Shown piece by piece: positions 40,586-51,793 of a DNA stretch of 64,000 nt. Origin of the DNA: Utricularia gibba (Eukaryota; Plantae; Magnoliophyta); the NCBI GenBank assembly GCA_002189035.1, contig CM007991.1, forward strand, positions 558,001 through 622,000, written 5' to 3'. The notes under the pieces are model-generated. The model was not told where the DNA came from, did not search any database, and worked only from the letters and a program-made list of their open reading frames with translations. Numbering within the stretch: the stretch's first letter is position 1; each line of letters opens with the position of its first letter. The position numbers were made by a program, and so were the translations under genes.

Positions 40586-43500
40586 CTGATAACTCGTATT
40601 TGCCTTCTCCGGTGACGTCCTCCACCATCCTGTTGTCTACGGCGGAGACATTCGATGTCGTGATTGATTTCTCCCAATTCTCTGGCCGTGAATCAGTTCT
40701 CACGAACAACGCTCCTTACCCCTATCCCGCAGGGACTCCCGTCGATAAGCTCAACAGCCAAATAATGAAATTCCGTGTCCAAGGACCGCCACCCCGACCA
40801 GACACTTCGGTAATTCCGCGGTTCTTACAGAATCACCAGTCCGCGGCAGTGGCGGCCCAAAGGGCTTCTGTAAGGAGATACATCGGATTGTATGAGTACA
40901 CAAATTCAGCAAGCGAGCCACTGCACCTCTACATCAACGGGAAAAGATTCAGTGACCCGGTGACGGAGACGCCGCGAAGCGGGTCAACGGAAGTATGGGA
41001 GGTAATAAATCTCACCGGCGACAACCACCCTCTTCACATCCACCTTGCCGAGTTTCAAGCGATCAAAACCCAGAATCTAAACGATCCTAGAGGCGCTTTC
41101 GCTGACTGCATGAAGGTGAAAACGTATGCCATTGCTTGCAACGTTTCGTCTTACGCCACCGGGTCCGTGACTCCGATTCCGGCGTATGAGAAAACCTGGA
41201 AAAATGTAGTGAAGCTTCCACCAGGTACTGTGACTACGGTGGTTGTGAAATTCAACGTCGGGGACAACGACCAAAAGTATCCTTTCGATGCAACCGCCGA
41301 GCCCGGCTACGCGTATCACTGCCATGTTAGTTTTCTCAGCCACCTTCATGTTAAAGCAGGTGCATTTTGTCACTCTGTTGAATTACCATTAACATCTTCC
41401 TCCTTGTGCAGATCCTTGATCACGAAGACAACGAAATGATTCGTCCCTTGAAGCTCGTGCACTAAGCATCCCTTCTCCGATCGATCATGTTGTCGTCCAA
41501 ATGCATAATAAATGTGTTATGTTGAACCCAAATCAATCTTCCTGCGAGTCACATTTCAATAATCGATCACCCTGTTCCAGGATAACTCAGAAAACCGATT
41601 ACAACACTAAGATTTAACACCATTCTCCAAAAACACGACTCATCTGCTTTAAAATAAATATTAAAGAATATTAGAACAAGCAATCCAATTTTGGGTTTGA
41701 AAAATGAAAAGATTAAAAAAATTAGGTATAATTGATTACTTTTAATTTTTAATTTATTATATATTTGATTATTTTTATTTTCATTTTTGATTTGTAATTG
41801 TTTATTTTAATAATCACCTCCAAGTCAAACTTGTTTTTGGATACAGTTAAAACTTCTTTTTCTTGTGTATATTGTAGGTAAAACTTGTCTTTCGATCTAA
41901 TAAAGAAATACAACACACCTCATCATTTTGTACTGCATGACTGAAGATAAGCATAAAAGTCATATAATAATGCCTACAGAATTCCAGCCACGCACATGGC
42001 CTTAGGTACTGGTGGAGATGCCGCCTGCCGTTGGAAACAATTATATTTTACCTCTTCAAAAAAAATTAATACATTTGAGATTGAAATTTCATCAATTGAA
42101 TTTTATCTCCTTTTAATCAATTTCAAAATTTGAAATTGTTTTTGTTCCGGTTCAAAAGCTGCCCGTGATGGAACCTGCTTGAGATTACACCGCGCTGTAA
42201 AGGAGTGGAAATGACATTTTTAGATGTACTTTTGATTTTGGGTTTTCAAAATAGATGATATTTAAAAAGTATTTGTGAAATAGATGATGTTTTAGTTTTG
42301 ATTTGTAAAATAAATGAGTTTTGAAATAAAAACAATATGTTTAATTGGTAATGTTATTAATTATTATTTTCATATTATTTTAAAATAATGTAAGCTATTC
42401 AATATATATTCAAAAAAACTGTTTAATATAAATAAATTATTATTGCTATAATTTTTTTTATAAATAAGTCTATAATTGATATATTTAATTTATAAAATAT
42501 AAAAATAATCAATTTATTATATATAAACCATTTATTTAAATTTAAAATAAATGTAAAAAATCATTATTTGTTTTTTAATGATTTATAATATTATTATATT
42601 TATTTTAATAAGTTAATTTTATACTTTGTAATTTAATATTTTAATAACATAATCTATTTATCAAACCTCATCTATTTTGGACACGCAGTGGTTTCTTCTT
42701 TTGTTAAGAGTGTGGCAGACACGAGGCTTGTAGGCATTTTTTTGGACTTAGGCATGTCTGATATAATATTAAAAAAAATTTAAATTAAATAGCACATATC
42801 AATTGTCACATATAACATCATATATTAAATATATAGGGAATTTTATTATTATTTATAACGTAAACTCATCTTTTAATATTTTTTTAATTCTATGATTTAA
42901 AAACATTCTCACTCATTTTTATTAAAAATATTATAAGTAATATGTATATTTTGAAATTTTTTATATATTTAAATTTAATATCAAATATATAATAATTAAT
43001 CATCATTTAAATAAAAATCTCTAATAGAACATTCAAATTTTAACAATTTTTTAACGTTTTAAATGATTAATAACCGCAAGTTAATTGCATAACAATTCAA
43101 AAAAAAATCGATTGCCAATCAAAATATGATTGAATTGTGTTTTTTGTAAAAAAAGACATGAAATGATTAATAATTGAATCATGTTTAAACTTTTATTTAT
43201 TTATTATGTTTTAAAATAATTTAAATTTAACTAAATCCCTTATAAAACATAGAATTACATACAAATTAATTTCTTTCTATATCCACTTCTCTCCACCCAC
43301 CACCGCCAACAAATCGTTGGTTAGGTATGTGACGTGAATTTTTTAAAAAAAATTAGAAGAATGATTAAATTTTTCTTTTTTTTTTCAATTTTTTAATCTC
43401 TTAAAACAATAATTGTGTCTGTCTCATGATATTATTGTCCAACAATCGGGTTGTTGGCACAATCGGGAAAAACAATAACACTTTTTTTTCCGCCGATTAG

Positions 43501-44553
43501 CTGAGACATCAATTTCCGATACAGCTCAAAATTTTGCGCTGCATCGAGGAAGACAAAATGATAATAATAATTATTAATAATTACTTGAAATGTCGAAAAC
43601 GTACAGCCACACATCAAGGTCAAGATGTGTTTCATTTGGGTGATGCTTTTTCTTAACGCATGTATAAAATATTTCGATCAATTTACAAAAAAAATAAAAT
43701 AATATAAAAAACATCGTATTTCCGATACCTTAAATTTTGAAAACGCTGCATGTGATAAATATTATTGGACTAAATAAATGAAACAAAATCTCTCATGAAA
43801 TTCAACCAATAAAAAGAATTGTAAAAAAATGATAAATTTAGTTATTATGAAAAACAGATGATTTTCAAAATAAAATATAAATTTTATTCAGTTAATTTGG
43901 AATCTACGAATTCGTGTATTTTTGAGGATCAACATGTCTGACCGAGGTTATTCTAGTCATCTTATTGCCCTCTTAATCATTGTGTTCATGAGAACTGGAT
44001 CATTGAGCCCTAAAAATGCATCAAAATTAGGCTGATGCCCCGGACAAGTGAGTGCAATATATGTTGAACTTTAGGATTCAATGAATCGAATGATCATATG
44101 TAAAATGTAAATATACAAAAAATATATGTCACATTAAAAAAAATTAGAATAACTGATTATTATTTATATATAATTTCTTATATACTAGATTATTTTATTT
44201 CATTTTTCCATATATGATTTACTGTTCTAATATATCTGAAACTTCATCATCAATGATGAAGGTGTACTGTACGAACGCTATCATGGTTGAGTTTATAAAT
44301 AATAACGAACAAGTCGCGATGTGGGGTGTGTGTGTGTGTGTGACCTTAGGTCAGGGATTTCAAGCCAGCCCCCGCCTTGTCAACCAGCAATATGAACCTG
44401 TGACTGGAAGCGTCTCGTGTTTCCGGCAAGTGGGGCTTTGTTTTTGGTATACAGAATGCAATCCCGCAGTCCCATCTCACCTATAAATCATGACACCCCC
44501 TGCCCACTAGTCTGTCCCCTCACAGGTCTCCTGACCTTCTTCCTGGATAAGCC

Positions 44554-46804
44554 ATGGAAGGAGGAAGACTTCCAGTCTCGCTTCTTCTTCTTCTTCTGCA
44601 ATTGCTGTTGTTTTCCAACCTCTGCTTCGCCCAACAGCCGCCCATCACCGATCAGAGGCTTCAGCAGATCGCTGCGTCGTTGCAGAAGTTCGTCGATCCT
44701 CTCCCTCAAATCCCCACGCTTCTCGGCTACACGCCCCGCCGGCTCGGCGAACCTCACGGCGCCGGAAGTCTAACCATCGGCATGTATCAAACCACATGGG
44801 TACTCTACTAATTTTCCATCATCTTCATGAAATCTTATTATGTTTCTGCATTTATCTCATGCTACAGTTGAAAATAACAACAACATAATATATGTTTTCT
44901 TTAATTAATAATATATTTAAAATATTTTATTTATATTTAGTTAAACACGAATTATACATTTATAATGTAGATAATTAGTTTATAGTTTTCTTTTTTAGTT
45001 TCAATGGAGTGGGTGCTAAAAGGTCAACAAATTTGTTTTTGTATGGGTATCATAATGTAACATCACGTAGATGTCGCATGAGGATGTGGTTGATATCAAC
45101 ATTCTTCTATATTTTTGGATATATTAATAATTGTGGAATATTATTTATTAATATTAATATTAATATTAATATTAATATTATCGCTGATAATATTCATATG
45201 ACATTCTAGAAATTCCACCGTGACTTCCCACCGACCACCTTATTCGCGTACGGACCGTCTCAAGCACTAGCGACGGTGCCGGGGCCGGCCATCCATGCGG
45301 TGCGAGGAGTCCCAACGCACGTCACGTGGGAGAATCATCTTCCCAGAAGTCATATTCTTCCATGGGATCCAACCATCGCCACAGCGATACCCAGATCCGG
45401 CGGTGTACCCACGGTGGTGCATCTTCACGGCGGAATTCATCCGCCGTCTAGCGACGGGCACGCCTTCGCTTGGTTTACGGCGAACTTCGCCGAGAAGGGG
45501 TCGACGTGGGCGCAGGCCACTTACACGTATCCGAATGTGCAACCGGGGAACCTGTGGTACCATGATCATGCAGTTGGGTTAACTAGGGTTAACCTGCTTG
45601 CCGGGCTAATTGCGCCGTACGTTGTTAGGGATGAAGAGCTTGAGGAGAGATTGAATCTTCCCTCCGGCCCGGAGTTCGATCGGAGTCTGTTTGTGTTTGA
45701 TAGGAGCTTTTACGCTGATGGGTCGCTTTATATCAACCGCACAGGTAATGTCCCGGAAGTTCATCCGCAGTGGCAACCGGAGTACTTCGGCCATGCTATT
45801 ATCGTCAACGGAAAAGCTTGGCCGTTTTTGAATGTCCACCGCCGGAAGTATAGATTCCGAATCACCAACGCTTCCAATGCGAGGTACTTGAATCTTGCCT
45901 TGACGAATGGACTGTCGTTCACCGTGGTCGGCAGCGATGGATCGTATTTACCGTCACCGGTAACATCCTCAAGCATCTTGCTATCGCCGGCGGAGACATT
46001 TGATGTCGTCATTGATTTCTCCCAGTCTTCGAGCGGAGAATCAATTCTCAGTAACAGTGCGCCGTACCCTTTCCCGACAGGAACCCCCGTGGACAACCTC
46101 AACAGTCAGATAATGAAATTCATCATACAGCCAGGGCCGGCACCAGACAGTTTAACGGTCCCAAGAAGTTTAGTTAGTCATGAATCGGCGTCAGCGGCCG
46201 CCGAGAAAGCTACCGTGAAAAGATACATTGGATTGTACGAGTACCAGAACTCCGCATCCGAGCCCCTACACCTCTACATCAACGGCAAGAGATTCACCGA
46301 CCCCGTGACTGAGACACCAAAGAGCGGCTCTACGGAGGTTTGGGATGTGATAAATCTCACCGGCGACAACCACCCACTTCACATTCACCTTGCCGAGTTC
46401 CAAGCTATCAGGACTCAGGACCTGAATGATCCCAACAGCACCTTCACAAACTGCATGACGCAGAAGACCGACGCCATCGCTTGCAATATTTCTTCCTACG
46501 CCACCGGGCAGGTGACTCCGATCCCGGCACACGAACGAACATGGAAAAACGTTGTCAAAATAGCGCCAGGCACGGTGACCACGGTGGTGGTGAAATTCCA
46601 TCTGCTGATCAACGGCGGAAGTTACCCGTTTGATGCCACCGCGGAGCCTGGCTATGTCTACCACTGCCATGTTAGTTCCCGTTTCAACTCTCATGCTCAC
46701 TCGACTGCTTTGTCTCCTTCACGAGTACTAACATTTGGGCTCTTATGCAGATCCTTGATCATGAAGATAATGAGATGATCCGCCCCTTGAAGCTTCTTCC
46801 GTGA
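44554..46804 (+). CDS. LPR1: LPR1-type multicopper oxidase, copy D, 3 exons (44554-44799, 45210-46670, 46751-46804)
   Basis: Signal peptide, all copper ligands, conserved intron positions; closest in sequence to copy C; TATA-like CTATAAAT about 70 nt upstream, as in copy C. Confidence 0.95.
45147..45180. repeat. (ATTAAT)n microsatellite in intron 1 of LPR copy D
   Basis: ATTAATATTAATATTAATATTAATATTAATATTA read directly. Confidence 0.85.
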
Positions 46805-48308
46805 AATTCCATGCATCAGAGTTCCAATCTGAACAGAACAAATGTATACATCCATCCAAAGGCTGAAATCTGGGTTATCATTTGAGGCACAGGTATATCA
46901 ATCAATAACGAGTATCTTCCAATCCTGATTAATCCATCTGGGACCATAATTAACGATGGTGCCATATAATTAGTTTGCTAATCTCACAAGGGTTTTGTCA
47001 AAACAAACAATCAGCACATAACATACCCAATTGTAGTTAACTATTGGCGTAGATCAGCTGAAAAATAATATCATATTAAAAAATTAAGCTGATATGATAA
47101 AACATATGAAAGATTGTAGATAATGAATAATTGATTTTACTTAACTTTATTAAATATGAACTTTATTTATTGTATATTTGAACTTTATATATATAAATAC
47201 TCGACTCATCGAATTAATAATTTAAAAAATATAAAACAAAGCAAGCAAAACAGAGAGTAAATTTCAACATATGCATGCCATGTTCTTGATGGGGCACTTT
47301 AGTTAAAAGTTTAAAGCAACAAGTTGCCATGTTTGCAAACCCTAATTTGAATTTTCCCCCTTTTTTCATTGTAAACGAATCGGGCCTAGTGAACAACATT
47401 TTAATGGGCCTGCTTCAATTACTAATGAGCCCATTCGCTATGGCCTCCCGAACTAACGTTGACCTAACAAGTTGTGGGCCCCGCATTACAATACAGCATA
47501 CGTGTTACGAGATCCTTGGTTTATGAAGTAAAGTCAAATTGGATTCTCCACAAGTATGAACATAGTGCTGCCTAACCGACTGGTTTGTTTTACATTATTG
47601 AAATTAATGATTCGATGAATCTGAGTATTTATATGTGTAAAATTTAAATATACTATAAACGTAGATCATATTTAAAAAAAAAGTTAAATTAAATCAATTA
47701 TTCATAATCTATAATTTTTATACATTTAACCATATCAATTTTATTTTTTAATATGAAATTATTTGTCCTAATTTTATGGATCAATGTGTGGGGTGTATTG
47801 AAAAGTGGTCATTTTTCCTTAAACGTGTAATAAAATTGGTCACCGACGTATGTGTGCGAATAAACCCTAAACCATAAGCATGGGAGATTTGAAACCAGGC
47901 AGCATCCTTGTCTGTGTGCCCAAGACCATGCGAAACCCAAAACCATCTGCTTCCAAAACTATTAACCAAAATCACCTTTTTGTGTTTGTGAATTGTGATA
48001 TCCTCATCCACACTTTTCTTGTCGGTTCGTGATCGAACCGGATCAAGAATCGTAGAGCCAGGCCTGGTAATCGTGAATTTTTACCCTTTTAAGGAATAAT
48101 TGCATAAATAGTCAATTTGCCTCCAAAATATTAATATTTTATATCCATTATTTATAAATTGGATAAAATTGATTCCCGTAATCAAATCAAATTTCTACCC
48201 AAATTCCACGAATGACGGTGGCGTCCACAAGCCATCACACTCGCTCTACAGTCTACACCCACGTTGCCCCCCGTCACGTTGCGCCACTATTTACCTTGAC
48301 ATGCAGTC

Positions 48309-48638
48309 AATAATGAAATTTAATAAATCTCCATACGTAAAATAATAGAGGCTAATTATAAGAATAGAGGCTTAAACACGCCTTTTCTACAAAATAATGA
48401 AATTTAAGAAATCTCGATACGTTGAATAATAGAGACTAATTCTATAAAATAATGAAATTTAAGAAATCTAGATACGTAAAATAACAGAGACTAATTCCAT
48501 AAAATAATGAAATTTAAGAAATCTAGATACATATAATAAGAGAGACTAATTCCACAAAATAATGAAATTTAAGAAATCTCGATGCGTAAAATAATAGAGA
48601 TTAATTATACTAATAAACACTAAACGCGTCATTTCCAC
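48309..48638. repeat. AT-rich 55-bp minisatellite, about 5 diverged units
   Basis: Units AAAATAATGAAATTTAAGAAATCT(C/A)GATACG...AGAGACTAATT start at 48391, 48446, 48501 and 48556 (exact 55-nt spacing), with another copy near 48309. Confidence 0.9.
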
Positions 48639-49577
48639 AAAATATTAGATGACATTTTGATAAATAGCAGAGAGCCCCAATTCGTAATCGAAATGTAACG
48701 ACAACACCCACAATCAAAAAAAAAAAAAAAGGTTACAAAATTTTTACCTTTCTCGGTGCCGTTGACTTTATACCTTATCCTGTTGCGACCGCGTAACGGA
48801 AAGTGAAGGTTTCGATTCTACTGGTGAAGGCGCGTTCCCACTTGGGGGAAAAAAACATGCTCTCACTAAATTTCTACACCATACGCCAAAATACTAAAAA
48901 AATGAGATTATTACACAAAATTCATCTTTTATTTTTTAAAAAAATCTCGATTGTTTAGTATTTTTTAAAATTACAGGACATATGCTTTCATCTAGATCGA
49001 TTTGCTGCGACAAAATCTTATTAAAAAAATATTTTAATACGAAAATTCATCTTTTATATCGTAAATCGGGATAAAAACTTGTTTTGCGACAGTTTTTCTA
49101 AAGCCCAAGAGCATCTTTCATTGCTCATTGTTCACACAAGAGGGAATATAGACAACTTTTTAAAACAGAAGAGAAAATTACTTTTTGATTCTAAGGTAAA
49201 TAGTTTTGTTATTAATAGAATATACAATTTAATAATTATATTAATCATTAATCGTTTTTCTTCTAAGTTAAATTTAATTATTTTGTGGTTCCGTACCCTA
49301 ATTCCGTTTATTCTTTTTGTTTTTTTTTTTTCCATTTCGTGTCCAAGATAATTTATTATTATCATGCGAAGGTGTGCGATGAAATGAAAGGATAAGATTG
49401 GAAAAACAAAAATGTCAAAAGCGGGCCAAGTGTGAACTCAAGGGGAAGAGGTATCCCATCTCAAAGATGCTTTTTTTTTTGTCGAGTTGTGTTTCTATAA
49501 AGTGAAGGCGTGTGGCCGGCACACTTCACACAGCACACGGAAAACCCTAATTTTGTTCTTCTTTACTTCATTGATCC

Positions 49578-50213
49578 ATGGAGATGGCATCCACCAACCA
49601 GATTCAGGAAACCCGGGTTGATGTTGAGGGCCAGAATGGAATGGAAGTCGGCGTGGATTATTCGAAGCGTGCGCAGTGGCTGAGAGCTGCGATTCTCGGC
49701 GCCAATGACGGAATTCCCTCCATCGCTTCTCTGTTGATGGGAGTCGGGGCGGTGAATCGAGACACCAAGATCATGGTTCTCTCCGGACTCGCTGGTTTGA
49801 TCGCCGGATCCTTCAGTATGGGGATCGGGGAGCTGGTGTCCGTTTACTCTCAACGCGACATCGAGGTGGCGCAGATCGAGCGCGCGAAGCAATCTCCCAC
49901 CGGCGGCGATACGGAGAAGGACGAGGAGAGGCTGCCCAATCCGTTTCAGGCTGCGGGTGCCTCGGCCTTTGCCTTCGCCGTGGGAGCCATGATCCCGCTG
50001 CTGGCGGCGGCGTTTATAAAGTCATACCATGTTAGGTTGGGGGTAGTGGTAGCGGCTGTAACGCTGGCGCTTGTGGGCTTCGGGTGGGCCGGGGCGGTTC
50101 TCGGGAAGGTGCCGCCAGTGAGATCCACGGCGAGGGTGGTGATCGGAGGCTGGTTGGCGATGGGCATCACCTTCGGCCTGACCAAGGCCGTCGGCAACGC
50201 CGGCTTGGCCTGA
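49578..50213 (+). CDS. Vacuolar iron transporter homologue (VIT/CCC1 family, VTL/nodulin-21-like), single exon
   Basis: YSKRAQWLRAAILGANDG, GLAGLIAGSFSMGIGELVSVYSQRDIE, LPNPFQAAGASAFAF..GAMIPLL, RVVIGGWLAMGITFGL. Confidence 0.93.
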   Translation: MEMASTNQIQETRVDVEGQNGMEVGVDYSKRAQWLRAAILGANDGIPSIASLLMGVGAVNRDTKIMVLSGLAGLIAGSFSMGIGELVSVYSQRDIEVAQIERAKQSPTGGDTEKDEERLPNPFQAAGASAFAFAVGAMIPLLAAAFIKSYHVRLGVVVAAVTLALVGFGWAGAVLGKVPPVRSTARVVIGGWLAMGITFGLTKAVGNAGLA

Positions 50214-51793
50214 GCCTTTTTCCCGGCCCCGGCAGTCGCCCCTCCCCCTTCACTTCATGATATACATGTGTGAGGCTAGTGATATGTGCTACCATGTGTA
50301 GGACTCAATATTTTGGCCTATGCGTCAGAAGTTGTTGAAATATCTTGTATGTATGCGAGCGTGGGTGTCTTCTTCTGTAAAATAAATAACAAGAAGTTGT
50401 GTTTTTTCAGCTATTGAATCCCTTGAGTTTTCATTCATCCAGATCCGTGTTGCTGGTGGATGCGAATTCACGCCTTTAAAAATAGACATGTGTGATTGGA
50501 TCTGAACGAATTTCAAAACGGTATGTGTGAGAAATAGTGTAAAAAATGATCATCTTATATATAATTTTTTGACATTTACAATGTTTATAAATGGTGTTGA
50601 GTTGAGGCCTCGACTCTCTCTCTTATAAACAATTCCATCTTGATTTCCATTAATTAAGATAAATTTTACAAATATACATATAAAATAACATTATATTAAA
50701 AATAGGTTTAAAATAAATAAAAATAAATAAATATTAGTTAAGTAATTAAACTCGCATCAAATAAGAATTTCGAAAAAATACAGTTCTTAGGGATTATATA
50801 ATTATTTTACAAATCATATGCGTACTGAATGATATATCTATTAAATCCGCGTAATTCTCAATAAACTTATGTTCAAAATAACTTTACAATTTATTCATTA
50901 TATGAAGATGAAATAAGAGTATGGAGAGTCCACAGAAATGGAAGTTCCGGTGTACCCAACTTGTTTCGTTTACTTTGATTATATATATGCTGAATAAAAG
51001 AGGTTGACGGATAAGAGCCACACATAAAATAATTAAAAAATTGTGAAAAAAAAGTCCATTATGCCGTCAAACCAAACTAGTTGCAGCTGGTCGGTGGTAA
51101 CGTGTATTGTGTGCATGCTTGGTGCCATAAAGCCCAAGGCAACCACGGCGTTTTGGGTGTGCATCTGCTTGGCTAAATAACCCAAAATTATGTTCAGATA
51201 AAACAATTTCATATTAAAAAATTAAATTAAAATGATCAAATATATGATAAATTATAAATTATTAATAATTAATTAAATTTAATTTTTTAATGTAATTCAT
51301 ATTTATTATGTATTCGTCCAATCTCTAAAATCTTTAATTTCAATATAGAATTCTATATTGAGTGAATAAGATGGTGAATAGTTTAAAATGTTAATGAGAA
51401 TGTAATTTGAGCAAGGATAAATAATTTAATTAATTAAAATTTTTGAACTTGATGCATGAATGCGAATACAATTTACATTTAATGCACCGTGTTAGAACAA
51501 CATGTTTGGATGGAAATACTTAATAATGAAAGGACAACAACATACCATACGATGTTGGTTAGCTAGCCCTGCACGTGGGCTTTCTTTTATTGGGCCATTC
51601 TTGGGGTAAGAGAAAAGTTGCTATATCTGGTAAGTTCCATTTCCCCCCCATGGACTTGTCCGTGTATTTCGTTCTGTTGATGCCCAAAGGATACCCAAGA
51701 AACAAACTGGTCGTCGGAGAAACAGGTTTCAGACGGGAAATGAAGGCATTGTTGTTCCAGGCAACAACAACGAGGATTCGAATGACCGAATGA

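Larger units (their letters stand above)
34186..41465 (+). pseudogene. LPR1: LPR1-type multicopper oxidase, copy C, exon 2 interrupted by a Ty1/copia element (34186-34425, 34510-35238 // 40591-41325, 41412-41465)
   Basis: Removing 35239-40590 restores ...[15 protein letters not shown]... in frame. With the insertion the ORF stops at the LTR's first codon, TGA (35239-35241). Confidence 0.95.

Noticed and set aside
42248-42680. Short inverted repeat CAAAATAGATGA / TCATCTATTTTG around AT-rich DNA, possibly a MITE
   Set aside because: The match does not extend and no target-site duplication was found.
48309-48638. Regularly spaced repeats resembling a CRISPR array
   Set aside because: Units are contiguous with no unique spacers, there are no cas genes, and the context is a plant nuclear genome. 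It is a minisatellite.
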